From Macrostomum lignano (lineage: Eukaryota), in assembly GCA_002269645.1 (NCBI GenBank), contig NIVC01000632.1, forward strand, positions 186,001-250,000: DNA of 64,000 nt, read 5' to 3'. A model generated the notes under the pieces. The model had not been told where the DNA came from and did no database searches. It worked only from the letters and a program-made list of their open reading frames with translations. A program made the translations under genes and the position numbers. Below, one piece after another: positions 26,920-43,200 of this stretch. The stretch's first letter is position 1, and every line of letters begins with the position of its first letter.

Positions 26920-29900
26920 CCCAGTCTCTGCCTTCCTGTCGGTCTTAGCGCCTGTCTTAGTGTCTGTCTGTCTTAGTAACTGTCCCAGTCTCTGCCTTCC
27001 TGTCAGTCTTAGCGCCTGTCTTAGTGTCTGTCTGTCTTAGTAACTGTTCCAGTCTCTGCCTTCCCGTCGGTCTTAGCGCCTGTCTTAGTGTCTGTCTCAG
27101 TATCTGTCCCAGTGTCTGTCTTAGTGTCTGTCCCAGTGTCTGTCTTAGTATCTGTCTCAGTGTCAGTCTCAGTGTCTGTCCCAGTGTCTGTCTTAGTGTC
27201 TGTCCCAGTGTCTGTCTTAGTATCTGTCTCAGTGCCCGTCCCAGTATCTGTCCCAGTGTCTGTCCCAGTGTCTGTCCCAGTGTCTGTCCCAATGTCTGTC
27301 TCAGTGTCTGTCTCAGTGTCTGTCCCAGTGTCTGTCTTAGTGTCTGTCTTAGTGTCTGTCTCAGTGCCTGTCCCAGTATCTGTCTCAGTGCCTGTCACAG
27401 TGTCTGTCCCAGTGTCTGTCTTAGTGTCTGTCCCAGTGTCTGTCCCAGCGTCTGTCTCAGTGTCTGTCCCAGCGTCTGTCTCAGTGTCTGTCCCAGTGTC
27501 TGTCTCAGTGTCTGTCCCAGTGTCTGTCCCAGTGTCTGTCCTAGTGTCTGTCCCAGTGTCTGTCTCAGTGTCTGTCTTAGTGTCTGTCTCAGTGTCTGTC
27601 TCAGTGTCTGTCTCAGTGTCTGTCTTAGTGTCAGTCTCAGTGTCTGTCTCAGTGTCTGTCTTAGTGTCTGTCCCAGTGTCTGTCTCAGTGTCTGTCTTAG
27701 TGTCAGTCTCAGTGTCTGTCCCAGTGTCTGTCTCAGTGTCTGTCTTAGTGTCTGTCCCAGTGTCTGTCTCAGTGTCTGTCTCAGTGTCAGTCTCAGTGTC
27801 TGTCTCAGTGTCTGTCCCAGTGTCTGTCTTAGTGTCTGTCTCAGTGCCTGTCCCAGTGTCTGTCCCAGTGTCTGTCTCAGTGTCTGTCCCAGTGTCTGTC
27901 TCAGTGTCTGTCTTAGTGTCTGTCCCAGTGTCTGTCTCAGTGTCTGTCTCAGTGTCAGTCTCAGTGTCTGTCTCAGTGTCTGTCCCAGTGTCTGTCTTAG
28001 TGTCTGTCTCAGTGCCTGTCCCAGTGTCTGTCCCAGTGTCTGTCTCAGTGTCTGTCTCAGTGTCAGTCTCAGTGTCTGTCCCAGTGTCTGTCTCAGTGTC
28101 TGTCTCAGTGTCAGTCTCAGTGTCTGTCCCAGTGTCTGTCTCAGTGTCTGTCCCAGTGTCTGTCTCAGTGACTGTCTCAGTGTCTGTCTCAGTGCCTGTC
28201 CCAGTATCTGTCTCAGTGCCTGTCTTAATGTCTGTCCCAGTGTCTGTCCCAGTGTCTGTCTCAGTATCTGTCCCAGTGTCTGTCTTAGTGTCTGTCCCAG
28301 TGTCTGTCTTAGTGTCTGTCTCAGTGCCTGTCCCAGTATCTGTCCCAGTGTCTGTCCCAGTGTCTGTCCCAGTGTCTGTCCCAGTGTCTGTCTCAGTGTC
28401 TGTCTCAGTGTCTGTCCCAGTGTCTGTCTTAGTGTCTGTCTCAGTGCCTGTCCCAGTATCTGTCTCAGTGTCTGTCTCAGTGTCTGTCTCAGTGTCTGTC
28501 CCAGTATCTGTCTCAGTGTCTGTCCCAGCGTCTGTCTCGGTGTCTGACCCAGCGTCTGTCTCAGTGTCTGTCTCAGTGTCTGTCCCAGTGTCTGTCTCAG
28601 TGTCTGTCCCAGTGTCTGTCCCAGTGTCTGTCCCAGTGTCTGTCCCAGTGTCTGTCCCAGTGTCTGTCTCAGTGTCTGTCTTAGTGTCTGTCTCAGTGTC
28701 TGTCCCAGTGTCTGTCCCAGTGTCTGTCCCAGTGTCTGTCTCAGTGTCTGTCCCAGTGTCTGTCCTAGTGTCTGTCCCAGTGTCTGTCCCAGTGTCTGTC
28801 TCAGTGTCAGTCTCAGTGTCTGTCTCAGTGTCAGTCTCAGTGTCTGTCCCAGTGTCTGTCTCAGTGTCTGTCTTAGTGTCTGTCCCAGTGTCTGTCTCAG
28901 TGTCTGTCTCAGTGTCAGTCTCAGTGTCTGTCCCAGTGTCTGTCCCAGTGTCTGTCTCAGTGTCAGTGTCTGTCCAGTGTCTGTCTCAGTGTCTGTCCAG
29001 TGTCTGTCCCAGTGTCTGTCCCAGTGTCTGTCCCAGTGTCTGTCTCAGTGTCTGTCTTAGTGTCTGTCTCAGTGTCTGTCCCAGTGTCTGTCCCAGTGTC
29101 TGTCCCAGTGTCTGTCTCAGTGTCTGTCTTAGTGTCTGTCCCAGTGTCTGTCCCAGTGTCTGTCTCAGTGTCTGTCCCAGTGTCTGTCCCAGTGTCTGTC
29201 TCAGTGTCTGTTCCAGTGTCTGTCCCAGTGTCTGTCCCAGTGTCTGTTCCAGTGTCTGTCTCAGTGTCTGTCTTAGTGTCTGTCCCAGTGTTTGTCCCAG
29301 TGTCTGTCCCAGTGTCTGTCTCAGTGTCAGTCTCAGTGTCTGTCCCAGTGTCTGTCCCAGTGTCTGTCCCAGTGTCTGTCTCAGTGCCTGTCTCAGTGTC
29401 TGTCTCAGTGTCAGTCTCAGTGTCTGTCCCAGTGTCTGTCTCAGTGTCTGTCTCAGTGTCTGTCTCAGTGTCAGTCTCAGTGTCTGTCCCAGTATCTGTC
29501 TCAGTGTCTGTCCCAGTGTCTGTCTCAGTGTCTGTCTCAGTGTCTGTCTCAGTGTCAGTCTCAGTGTCTGTCCCAGTATCTGTCTCAGTGTCTGTCTCAG
29601 TGTCTGTCTCAGTGTCAGTCTCAGTGTCTGTCCCAGTGTCTGTCTCAGTGTCTGTCCCAGTGTCTGTCCCAGTGTCTGTCCCAGTGTCTGTCTCAGTGTC
29701 TGTCCCAGTGTCTGTCCCAGTGTCTGTCTCAGTGTCTGTCCCAGTGTCTGTCTCAGTGTCTGTCTCAGTGTCTGTCCCAGTGTCTGTCTCAGTGTCTGTC
29801 TCAGTGTCAGTCTCAGTGTCTGTCCCAGTGTCTGTCTCAGTGTCTGTCTTAGTGTCTGTCTCAGTGTCTGTCTCAGTATCTGTCTCAGTGTCTGTCCCAG

Positions 29901-31556
29901 TGTCTGTCCCAGTGTCTGTCTCAGTGTCTGTCCCAGTGTCTGTCCCAGTGTCTGTCCCAGTGTCTGTCTCAGTGTCTGTCCCAGTGTCTGTCCCAGTGTC
30001 TGTCCCAGTGTCTGTCCCAGTGTCTGTCTCAGTGTCTGTCCCAGTGTCTGTCCCAGTGTCTGTCCCAGTGTCTGTCCCAGTGTCTGTCTCAGTGTCTGTC
30101 TTAGTGTCTGTCCCAGTGTCGGTCTCAGTGTCTGTCTCAGTGTCAGTCTCAGTGTCTGTCCCAGTGTCTGTCTCAGTGTCTGTCTTAGTGTCTGTCCCAG
30201 TGTCTGTCTCAGTGTCTGTCTCAGTGTCAGTCTCAGTGTCTGTCTTAGTGTCTGTCTCAGTGTCTGTCTCAGTGTCTGTCCCAGTGTCTGTCCCAGTGTC
30301 TGTCTCAGTGTCTGTGTCAGTGTCAGTCTCAGTGTCTGTCCCAGTGTCTGTCTCAGTGTCTGTCTCAGTGTCAGTCTCAGTGTCTGTCCCAGTATCTGTC
30401 CCAGTGTCTGTCTCAGTGTCTGTCTCAGTGTCTGTCCCAGTGTCTGTCCCAGTGTCTGTCTCAGTGTCTGTCCCAGTGTCTGTCCCAGTATCTGTCTCAG
30501 TGTCTGTCCCAGTGTCTGTCCCAGTGTCTGTCCCAGTGTCTGTCCCAGTGTCTGTCCCAGTGTCTGTCTCAGTGTCTGTCCCAGTGTCTGTCCCAGTGTC
30601 TGTCCCAGTGTCTGTCCCAGTGTCTGTCCCAGTGTCTGTCCCAGTGTCTGTCTCAGTGTCTGTCCCAGTGTCTGTCCCAGTGTCTGTCCCAGTGTCTGTC
30701 CCAGTGTCTGTCTCAGTGTCTGTCTTAGTGTCTGTCCCAGTGTCTGTCTCAGTGTCTGTCTTAGTGTCAGTCTCAGTGTCTGTCCCAGTGTCTGTCCCAG
30801 TGTCTGTCTCAGTGTCTGTCCCAGTGTCTGTCCCAGTGTCTGTCCCAGTGTCTGTCTCAGTGTCTGTCCCAGTGTCTGTCTCAGTGTCTGTCTCAGTGTC
30901 AGTCTCAGTGTCAGTCTCAGTGTCTGTCTCAGTGTCTGTCCCAGTGTCTGTCTTAGTGTCAGTCTCAGTGTCAGTCTCAGTGTCTGTCCCAGTGTCTGTC
31001 TCAGTGTCTGTCTCAGTGTCTGTCTCAGTGTCAGTCTCAGTGTCTGTCCCAGTATCTGTCTCAGTGTCTGTCCCAGTGTCTGTCCCAGTGTCTGTCTCAG
31101 TGTCTGTCTCAGTGTCTGTCCCAGTGTCTGTCCCAGTGTCTGTCCCAGTGTCTGTCCCAGTGTCTGTCCCAGTGTCTGTCCCAGTGTCTGTCTCAGTGTC
31201 TGTCCCAGTGTCTGTCCCAGTGTCTGTCTCAGTGTCTGTCTCAGTGTCAGTCTCAGTGTCTGTCCCAGTGTCTGTCTCAGTGTCTGTCTCAGTGTCAGTC
31301 TCAGTGTCTGTCCCAGTGTCTGTCCCAGTGTCTGTCCCAGTGTCTGTCTCAGTGTCTGTCTCAGTGTCTGTCTCAGTGTCAGTCTCAGTGTCTGTCCCAG
31401 TGTCTGTCTTAGTGTCTGTCTTAGTGTCTGTCTTAGTGTCTGTCTTAGTGTCTGTCTCAGTGCCTGTCCCAGTATCTGTCTCAGTGCCTGTCCCAGTATC
31501 TGTCTCAGTGTCTGTCCCAGTGTCTGTCCCAGTGTCTGTCTCAGTGTCTGTTTGTC
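26920..31556. repeat. About 4.6-kb 12-bp satellite AGTGTCTGTC(CC/TC/TT)
   Basis: Directly visible; the source of the 1522-aa and 864-aa artefact ORFs. Confidence 0.98.
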
Positions 31557-32054
31557 CGTCTGGCCCCTTTCTTTGCTCAAGCAGCCAGTTGTGACTCCCT
31601 ATGCTGAAATGGAATTCCGCTCTCTCAGGACAGGCACAGGCATCCTAATACCATGAGCTGCTTAAAGGCCCCACTGCAGACTCACACGCATTCACGCAGC
31701 TGCCCACCGCGCAACAAATTCTTTCCATCGGTCGCTAAGCTGCCAGAGGCACGAATCCCCCGAACGAAAACAAATATAAAGTGCCTCTCACAGCTCGCAG
31801 ATTCCGTGCCAGCAGTTTCAATTCAGTTCGCAACTTGCTGAGAGAAGAAAAACAAATTTTGCAGAAGCTTTTGAGACAGCTCGGTAGCTGCATGGTCTGA
31901 TTGAGAGTGTTTAAAAAGCTTTTCTGCCATGTAAAGCAGAATAAAAGTCAGCTAGACTTAAACAATAGTACAGCTCAGGGGTGGAGCTCAAGTCAGAGGC
32001 TATTTTTACCAACCGAGTGCGCATGCTGATCTATTGCTGACAGAATGCCGATAA

Positions 32055-32485
<431 letters not shown>

Positions 32486-32890
32486 CGCATTATCAAAGAC
32501 ATTAACAGAATGGATGGCAGAAGGAAGGCAAGCAGACACAGGCAGGTATCAGACAGGTGTGCTGACAGAGGGCTGTCATCATAGTAAATCAGATTTGCAG
32601 ACTGCAGCAGCTGGCAGTTCCGCTCCCCCCGAGTCCAGATGAAATATTCCATTACTCAGCCCAAATCCCCAGCAAACTCAAGCCGCACCCCACTCACACC
32701 GGGGCAAATTTTGAGTGATTCAGGCCACCCCCGCCCGTCATAAACATGCCGCGTCCATTTTAGGTAAAGAAAAATTCCTATAGGTGAGCTCAGCTGCGGG
32801 CTGTCGACTCCCTCCTTTTGTCATTTCCTCCGGCTGTACTCTCTCCCCCTCTCTGCTTTCGCGCACAAGAGGATTGCCGCCCAGACGGGC

Positions 32891-32898
32891 TATTTAAA
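32891..32898 (+). promoter_or_regulatory. TATA-like element upstream of the calmodulin-like gene
   Basis: TATTTAAA about 85 nt before the ATG at 32978. Confidence 0.3.
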
Positions 32899-32977
32899 GC
32901 CAAATAAGAGGGGATCTCTAACTTTTGCATGGAATGATATTCCCCAAATCTCCTTTGTCTCAGCTGGTTTGTCAGCG

Positions 32978-35369
<2,392 letters not shown>

Positions 35370-35450
35370 ATGACATGCTTGTTTGCTGAAATTTTGCAAT
35401 TTTCAGTTAAATTTTGTGTAAATTTTGTTATATTCTAACGTAATTGTAAT

Positions 35451-35629
35451 TTTGGCAATTTTAAACGCTAGCTTACTTGTCGTGCAATTTAAATCTTCCA
35501 GATGATGCAATACATCACAGACATTTTTGATTCTTCATACAAGCCATTATTCTGTGTGAGCGCCTCAATTTTAACTTTGCATTGAATTCTGCTCAGCCTC
35601 TCCTGAGTATCATGAGGCTTTTGTAACTC
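35451..35629. repeat. Inverted copy of the dispersed repeat at 22248-22372
   Basis: See the 22248 feature. Confidence 0.75.
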
Positions 35630-37257
35630 ATTGTAGCTTTTCTTGCTTTTAATTCGGCTTTTTAAAAAAGGCTATTTTCTCATTAAGATCGTGTCAGGAA
35701 ACTGATTCAGAAAAAATTGTCTTTAAACAACTATCAAATGACTGAAGCCCCTTTCCGGGCCGTTAGGCTCAAAAGTCAGAAATTTAAAACCATGCCTGCA
35801 TTCAGATTTCAACTACAGAATGTTCAGAAAAACTGAAGTATTTTGAACCCACAAGGCAAGGCAAATCTCGTTACCAAAGAAACGATCAATCAACAATGGC
35901 TGGAGTGCCTGAGCTCCCGGGACAATTGTTATTGTTAGAGTTAACAGGAAATTATGGCGAAAAAAATTGATGAAGTGGCCTGTAAACACAGTTATAAATA
36001 AGACCGTAGTAGGGGAAATTCAAAGGTTCATAAACATCAACAGAGAATGCAAGACTTATAAGAAATGAAATAAAATCAGAGAATGAGTCTTGATAAATAT
36101 TTCAATTCGATAATATTTATTATAGCAATATTTCACAAGTCTGATCTATATTTCAGCTTAATATATTTAAACATTTTAAACATATTTAAACATTTACCCG
36201 TCAATTATCAAACAAAAAGCAAACCGGAAAATTGTTGACAAAATTTAAAACAATAACCGTTTGAAAATTAATACAAATTACTTTTTGTTAAAACAGATTG
36301 TTACTAAGAATTCTCGTCATTTTATTATTTTAAACAAACTTTTTTTAGTTAAATTACTTTCCACGATTTTTACAGCCACTATTCATTTTGCATAATGTTA
36401 TGAAAAAGCCTTTACTTGTGTGCCCAGCACAGATCGAATACCGAAAGCCACTAAGAAAATCTACTAAGCCACTATTGTTGGTCATAATTAGTTGAACCGC
36501 ATATATTAGTATAGTAATTAATTTATTACACAGTTTAATGTAGAAGCAGTCTCAGAAGCAGAATAAGTACATGTAGATAAGCAGAGTGTATCATATCATA
36601 CAGTAACTCGCAAGCAGATTATAAAGCCAGGCCGGGTAAAATTCAACCTTAAAAAGAGGAAAATAGAAATCAATCATAAATATGAAACAATAAATTATAG
36701 ATCTTCTGAAATCTTAAAAAGGCAAAATTAAACATAATAAATTAAAAATTAATGGAAGTGGTGCAATAAGTTCCCAGGTGGTCCAGTGTAGGCACAATCA
36801 CGTTCAGTTAAGGCAGAAAGAAGACTATAATAGTGGCTAAGGCAAACAGAAGGTCACTTGCTGCACAAACTTTGATACATGGAGCGCAATAAAAACAAAA
36901 TAACCTTTCAGATCAGAAAATCGCAAAATTTGATATATTAAAGCTTAAAAAATAACTCAATTTCAAATTTTGACTTGACTTGGATCTTTAAATTATTAGG
37001 TATCCCAGAAGTATTAATTGTGTGGTTTAAATTAGCTGCAATATTTCCAAGAAATAAAATAATTTTTTCTTGTTCAGCTTTTTAGCTTTTTAATATTAAA
37101 TTTGGTTGAAGCATGAACTCTACATTTACACCGAGAGTTTGAACCAAGCAAAATTGGCATAAGAATATCATATAACGGTGTGAAAATGTTATAAATTCGA
37201 TTAAATAACAGGTGCGCAAAGCTTTTTAATATAGCATCTCGAGAGATCTACACAGCC

Positions 37258-40200
37258 TCAGCCCTGAGTCGGATACAGCTCCTTGAATATCTGCTTGTCG
37301 CCTTTCTTCTTTGACAGCCACTGGTTGCAGTTGAAGACCCAAACTTTACCGCTGCTCGAGTCCTTCACTGTCACCTTGGCTAGCAGCCAGTCCGACCGAA
37401 AGCCGGAGTCATTGTGCTCGATGCGGATCTTCTTGAGCTCACCTGGAGAATTGAGGTTAGCGATAAGGGGTATAAGACTAGTACACGTATACATTTAAAT
37501 TTTGTGACAGAAGATCGTCAGGCATGTACATGTGGGAGTCACAACCACAAGACTGTGAGATGAGAGATGTCAACTGAAGTTCATAATGTTCAGAAGGATG
37601 TCAAGTGATGCTGAAAAGGGCTTTAGATGAGGCTGTGATGGACGCTAGATTTGGCATGTCAGGTGAGACTGTGGGGATGTCAGGTGAGGCTGGGAGGGAT
37701 GTCAGATGAGACTGTGGGGATGTCAGGTGAGACTGTGAGGGATGTCAGGTGAGGCTGGGAGGGATGTCAGGTGAGGCTGAGAGGGATGTCAGGTGAGGCT
37801 GGGAGGGATGTCAGGTGAGGCTGTGAGGGATGTCAAGTGAGACTGTAAGGGATGTCAGTTGAGACTGAGGGATGTCAGGTAAGGCTGTGAGGGATGTCAC
37901 GTAAGGCTGTGAGGGATGTCAGGTAAGGCTGTGTGAGATGTCAGGTAAGGCCGTGAGGGATTTCAGGTGAGGCAGAGGTTCGACGCCTCAAAGCTTACCC
38001 AAGTCGCGGCTTTCAATCGTAAACTTGTCCACCTGGTTGCGCTCGAACAGATCTCGGCCTTTCATCTTCAGCGGTGTGACGCCCAGTTCGCCGAATTCGC
38101 CAAAAATGTTTAAAGACACATCGGCGTTTGTGCCGGATCCGAATTCGTCGCCAGTTTCAACTTCAACTTCATACTTGATTACATTGAGCTCTGCGGAATG
38201 TTTGGGGAAGCGAGAAGCGTACGAGTATGTTGAAAACACACATGTAGATTGGAGCTTCTGGGTATCAAAACAAAATGAACCTTTTTACACAAAATTTGAG
38301 CAAATACTCTGTCTGAGTGCATCAGGAGGGAATGCGCACGTCAGTCACTAACTAGGAAAAATACTACAAGTCCATCGATCGTACTCCGTAAAGTACTCTG
38401 ACGTGTCTCTGAAGCGTCGCAAATTTACGACCTCACAAATGCAACTTCTGCTTGCATAAGAAAGAGACTTTTAAGAGCGACCCGAAGAGTTTTCAAATAT
38501 GCGCTGTTTGTTATTCCCGCACGTTTTTGTTACATTGCTGTTACAAATTTCGTTGGATAAAAAGTTACGCATTTTTTAGGCCTTAACCAAGTCAAAAAAA
38601 CTTTTTTTTCGAGATTCTGCTGGAGGCCGGTAAATGAATCTCATTTCTAATAAAATTGAGTGTAGTGTCCTAATTAAATTTTTTACGGTTTGCTGTTTTT
38701 GCAACTAAAAGTAACGAATCCATCTGGTTGCTACCGGTATGCGGGTACCGTGGACTAGCGGGGCGCAAGTAAAATAGTATCACATTGTCCCGCTGGAAAA
38801 CCTCGTGCGTCAATTTACCTACTTCGGCACTGATTTGAAATGACACTAAAACAAGAGGCGGACAAGGGATGGAAAGCCAACGAATTCAAACAGCGAGCTG
38901 TTGATATGCGCCATTCAAAAAGAATTTTGAGCACTAAAATTCTATGTGAACATTCGTGGCTTTGGCTCACCTCTCTGCTTGGCCAAGCGACCTTTCGTCC
39001 CGGTCTCTTTGAAGTCTTCCGCCTCCACCTCGAGCCCGTCGTCTCGGCGCAGCTTCGGTTTGATTGGTATCCAGGAGTTCACCGGGAAGCGATACTCGGT
39101 GCCCTTGGCCGTATCCGTCACCAGCACCTGGAATACGTGCCATCTGGCCTTCTTGCCGGCCTCCTGGCGCACGGAGCGGCCCTCCTGCTCGACGGCGCCA
39201 ATGTGAAGCGTGCGCAGGCGGCCCAGGTTCCGCGTCTTCAGCTTGAAAGTGTCGGTGTCGCCCCGCTGGAAGACCCGCCGGTCGCGGCTGTTCTCCATCA
39301 GAAACTCACGGTTCATCGAGTCGGTGTCACCGTCTAGCATGATCCAGGCGTTGTGCGACATGCCGGCCTCAGCCTTGTCGCTGGTGGTCACCGCGATTTC
39401 GTACGTCACCTTGCGGCCAGACTCCTCGCGTCGCTCACCTTCCGGCACGTCGCAGACAAGGTCGCGCTTGATTACCCGGTCGTCCTTGCTCAACGACAGC
39501 CACTTTCCACACGGGAACTCGTAGGAGCGCTTCTTGCGCACATCCTCCACGGTGATGGAGTCCAGCTTCCAATCGGAGCCCAGACCTGTGTCGTCGTGCC
39601 ACACGACACAGCGGAAAAGCCCGCCGAGGTCGAGCAGCTCAAACTCAAATTCGTCCTTCTGACCAGCCTGGAACGGCCGACGATTCTCGCTGACGGCCTT
39701 CTTCAAGCGCAGCTCTCCACTGTCACCGAGTTCACCAAACAGCCGGACGAACACCTTGGCGTCAGTGCCCGCTCCGCGATCTTCAGACGTCTTGACGGTC
39801 ACGCGGTATTTGACTTTCGACAACACCGACTTGTTGTTGACTCGAGCCTCCAGATCGACGTAGTTCTTGCCATCCTTACCGATACACTGGCCGCACTCGA
39901 ACGTGTACAACTCGGCTGTGTCCGTGTTGGTGAGGGTCACCCGGTCGACCAGCCACTTCTTGCGGTGGCCCTTGCCGTCGTGTCCAAGGCGGATCTTGTG
40001 CACCTGGCCGACGTCCTCAATGTAAACCTGTTAGAGTTAATTATTGTATGCATTTCAGGAACGCTGTGTAGATGATTATAAGTTTATAATTTTCAAATAG
40101 CTTCATTTATTCATGCCAGAGCTTAATTAGCTCAGGTGCAGTTTGATCTTAGTTATGAACCAGCTCACCTTGATTAGATCTCGGCGACCGCGTTCAAACC

Positions 40201-43200
40201 GAGTCTCTTCCTTGTCCAAGTAGACCGGTTCAGAGTGGCCCTGCTGGCCATAGACTGTGAGCATCACGCGACAGTCCGTGCCAGCGTCCTTTTCATTGGC
40301 CGTCTCCACCTGGACTTCGTAGGGCACCTCTGAATGGTTGAAGGAAAGCAAAAATAAGATGATAAAGGACCTAAATGCACATTTTCTATGACTGATGATC
40401 AAATAATTAAATCCAGGTGTTCTTTGACTAATTAGCAATGACCCTAATCTAATAATCTAAAGCCCTATTTAAAACTCGAACTCACTCGGCTTGAACGAGA
40501 CGATAGAGTCGCCATCGTCCTTAGAAAATTCGAACATTCGAACCGTTTTGCTATCCTCTTTGTCTTTGGCGAACCAGCACTTGCACTTCTGTGTGTAGAG
40601 CTTGCCCTGCACCGGCAGCTCCAGGCGGAACTCTTCCAGGTACCAGCCCTTGCCGGACACGATGCCCTCGTTGCCGATCTCCAGCCGGGTGACCTCCTCG
40701 AGCTTCAGTGCTTCGAATGAGAACTGCACAGTGCTGCCTGGCAGCAGAGCCTTATCCGTGCCTTCCAGCGGCAAGTCCACCTGGCCCGTATTCACCTCCT
40801 CGCCGCGTTTTTGACGCCTTGAAGATGACGAAGATGCCGCCGACAAGGACTGTCGCCGGCCGATGCTGGACTCCTTCGTCGGCGGCTGGTAGCCGTACAG
40901 TCGCACCCAGATTGGACCCTCCGTGGCGGTGCCGCCCTTCGCTCGGCCAGTGGTGAACGTGATGTTGTAGTCACCGGCTGAGGGGCGGGGTTACATTGGG
41001 AAGGTCAGATTAGATCTCGACGAGATTATTAGTCACCTGTCATGCGAATTACTCTGTCTGTCATAGAGATTGCTCTCCGTGTAATTCAAATAACTATTGT
41101 GTATAAAAGCTCAGAACTCACTCGGCCCCTCGGCAATTTTTTCCAACGTTGACGAGGCTCTTCTCAAGCTGCCACGAGGACTCTTGTCCCGCTCAACACC
41201 ACTGAGATTGGAGCCCAGGCTGCGCATGCTGGAAGCGGACGAGGCCATGTCACCCTCGTAGCCCTGGGCATAGACCGTCACCTGCAGCTTCTTGTCCTCC
41301 TTCTTCTTGGACAGCCAGCGCTCGGCAAAGAACGACGTTTTCTCGCCCGTCGCGGTGTCGTGCACTTCGACATGGTCGAGGAACCAGTCGGAGAAGAAGC
41401 CCTTGTCGTTGTGCCTGATTTTGATCTTGTAAAGCTTGCCCAGGTCAACAGCTTCCCAGGTGAAGATGTCCTCGTGGCCCTTCTCAAACTTGTCCGTGTA
41501 CGTCTCCGAGTTGATGAGCTCGCGCTCGCCAGTATCGCCTTTCTCGCCAAAGACCGTCAGGAAAACGTCGGCGTTGGTCCCGGCGCCACTCTTGTCCCCG
41601 GTGAACACGTGAACCTTGTAGGTCTTCTTCTTCAGCGAGCCTTTCATATCTTTTTCACGGCGCTTGCCTTTGCCGCCGATTCGGTCGTCTTCTTCAATCA
41701 CTTTGCTGGGCACGAGTTCGCGCACGATCTCGTGGTCCTCTTCGTCCCGGGCGAGCCAGTGGCCGCATGGGAACACGTAGGTAACCGAGGTCTGCCAGGG
41801 ATATTAAGGAGGCGTAGTTGATGCGATTGTGTAACTGCTTTTTTTTAGCTGTTCTATTGCGTTGTACCAGAAGTACCAGATGAGGTACAATAGCGCCAGT
41901 TGTTAGCTCAGTGTCTGCAAGTCAACCAGAGTCATCGTCATCCCTCTCAAGCTAGAGCTCAATTTAACTTTGTTGTGATAGGGTCGCTGTTGTAGAAATG
42001 CAGGGTTGGAACTTCGACCACCTACAGTGCTAAAAATACATTTCTATAGAGATAAATAGCTTTGCTTAAAAAAACTACTTGTACCTACCTTGCCCTCGAT
42101 GAACTTTCTTATCTCCACCTTGTCCAGGTGCCAGCCAGATCGAAGGCCCTCGTCGTCGTGGCCGATGCGAATCTTTTCAATCGGGTCGTCCACGTCTTCA
42201 AGCTGGATAGGAAAAATTGGGAACAATCGGGCGGTGCGTGAACTATGATATGAATATAATTGCCATAAATAAACTTTTTGAGCCCAAATAGAAAGGTGTT
42301 AGACAGATGACTGCTTCTTAGACAGGATCTTCGGTGCTAGAGGTGCGTCACCTGATAGATGAGAAAAGAGACTGCTAGATACATGTTAGGTGTTACTTGT
42401 TGGACAAAGTACTACATTTTAGACAGGTTGTTACCTGTTATACACACTATCTATTAAGTCATGTTTCCTAGCCGATAGACAGGATTTTACCAGTTGCAGC
42501 TACAAACCGAAGCTACAAATCTGATTGAGCCTGATCCCTTTTCTATGGCAAATAAAATAAAATAAAAAATCCCTTAAAAAGTCCAGCCAGAGCGGTCAAT
42601 CCCCGGCGCTCACCTCCAGCACAAATTTGTCTACGCTGCCTCGTTTGAATTTTCCCGACCGATCGGTCTTGGAACAGAGCAGCTTCTGCTCCGTCTGAGT
42701 CTCCCTGCCGTAGATCTGGATGAACACATTGGCGCTGGTGCCGGCGCTGCTCTTGTCCGACGTGTAGGTCGTGATCTCGTATGGCACACCTGTTGTTGAT
42801 TGATGGGTAGGGTTATTTTATTGAATCTCTGACCTCGTACGTCACTGTCTCCAGTGACTTATCAAAGCCTTTAGTCTTTACCAAAGCATAGTTGAGCACA
42901 ACCTATATATAGGCTGGATTAGTTTGACTCCATTGAGAGTTCGAAACGCGCTCACACAGTGTGTACAGTGGCCCTAACTTCTGCGAAATAAACGTTGAGG
43001 CGGACGGACGCGGAATCACACCCTAGAGGGGATACTTGTCCAACCCCCGTAACTGATATGGTACGGTAGCAGCAGCTCTGAATTACGGTAGAAATACAGT
43101 TGCGAACCGTGAGAGCTGAGACCAAGACCATTTCAGATTGCGCTACACTGAGGCACTGAGGCCAGTCCGCTTCTATGCACTCTTGGACTCACGGTTGGCG

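Noticed and set aside
27024-31656. 1522-aa, 864-aa and 507-aa ORFs
   Set aside because: Translation of the 12-bp satellite; open in several frames on both strands.
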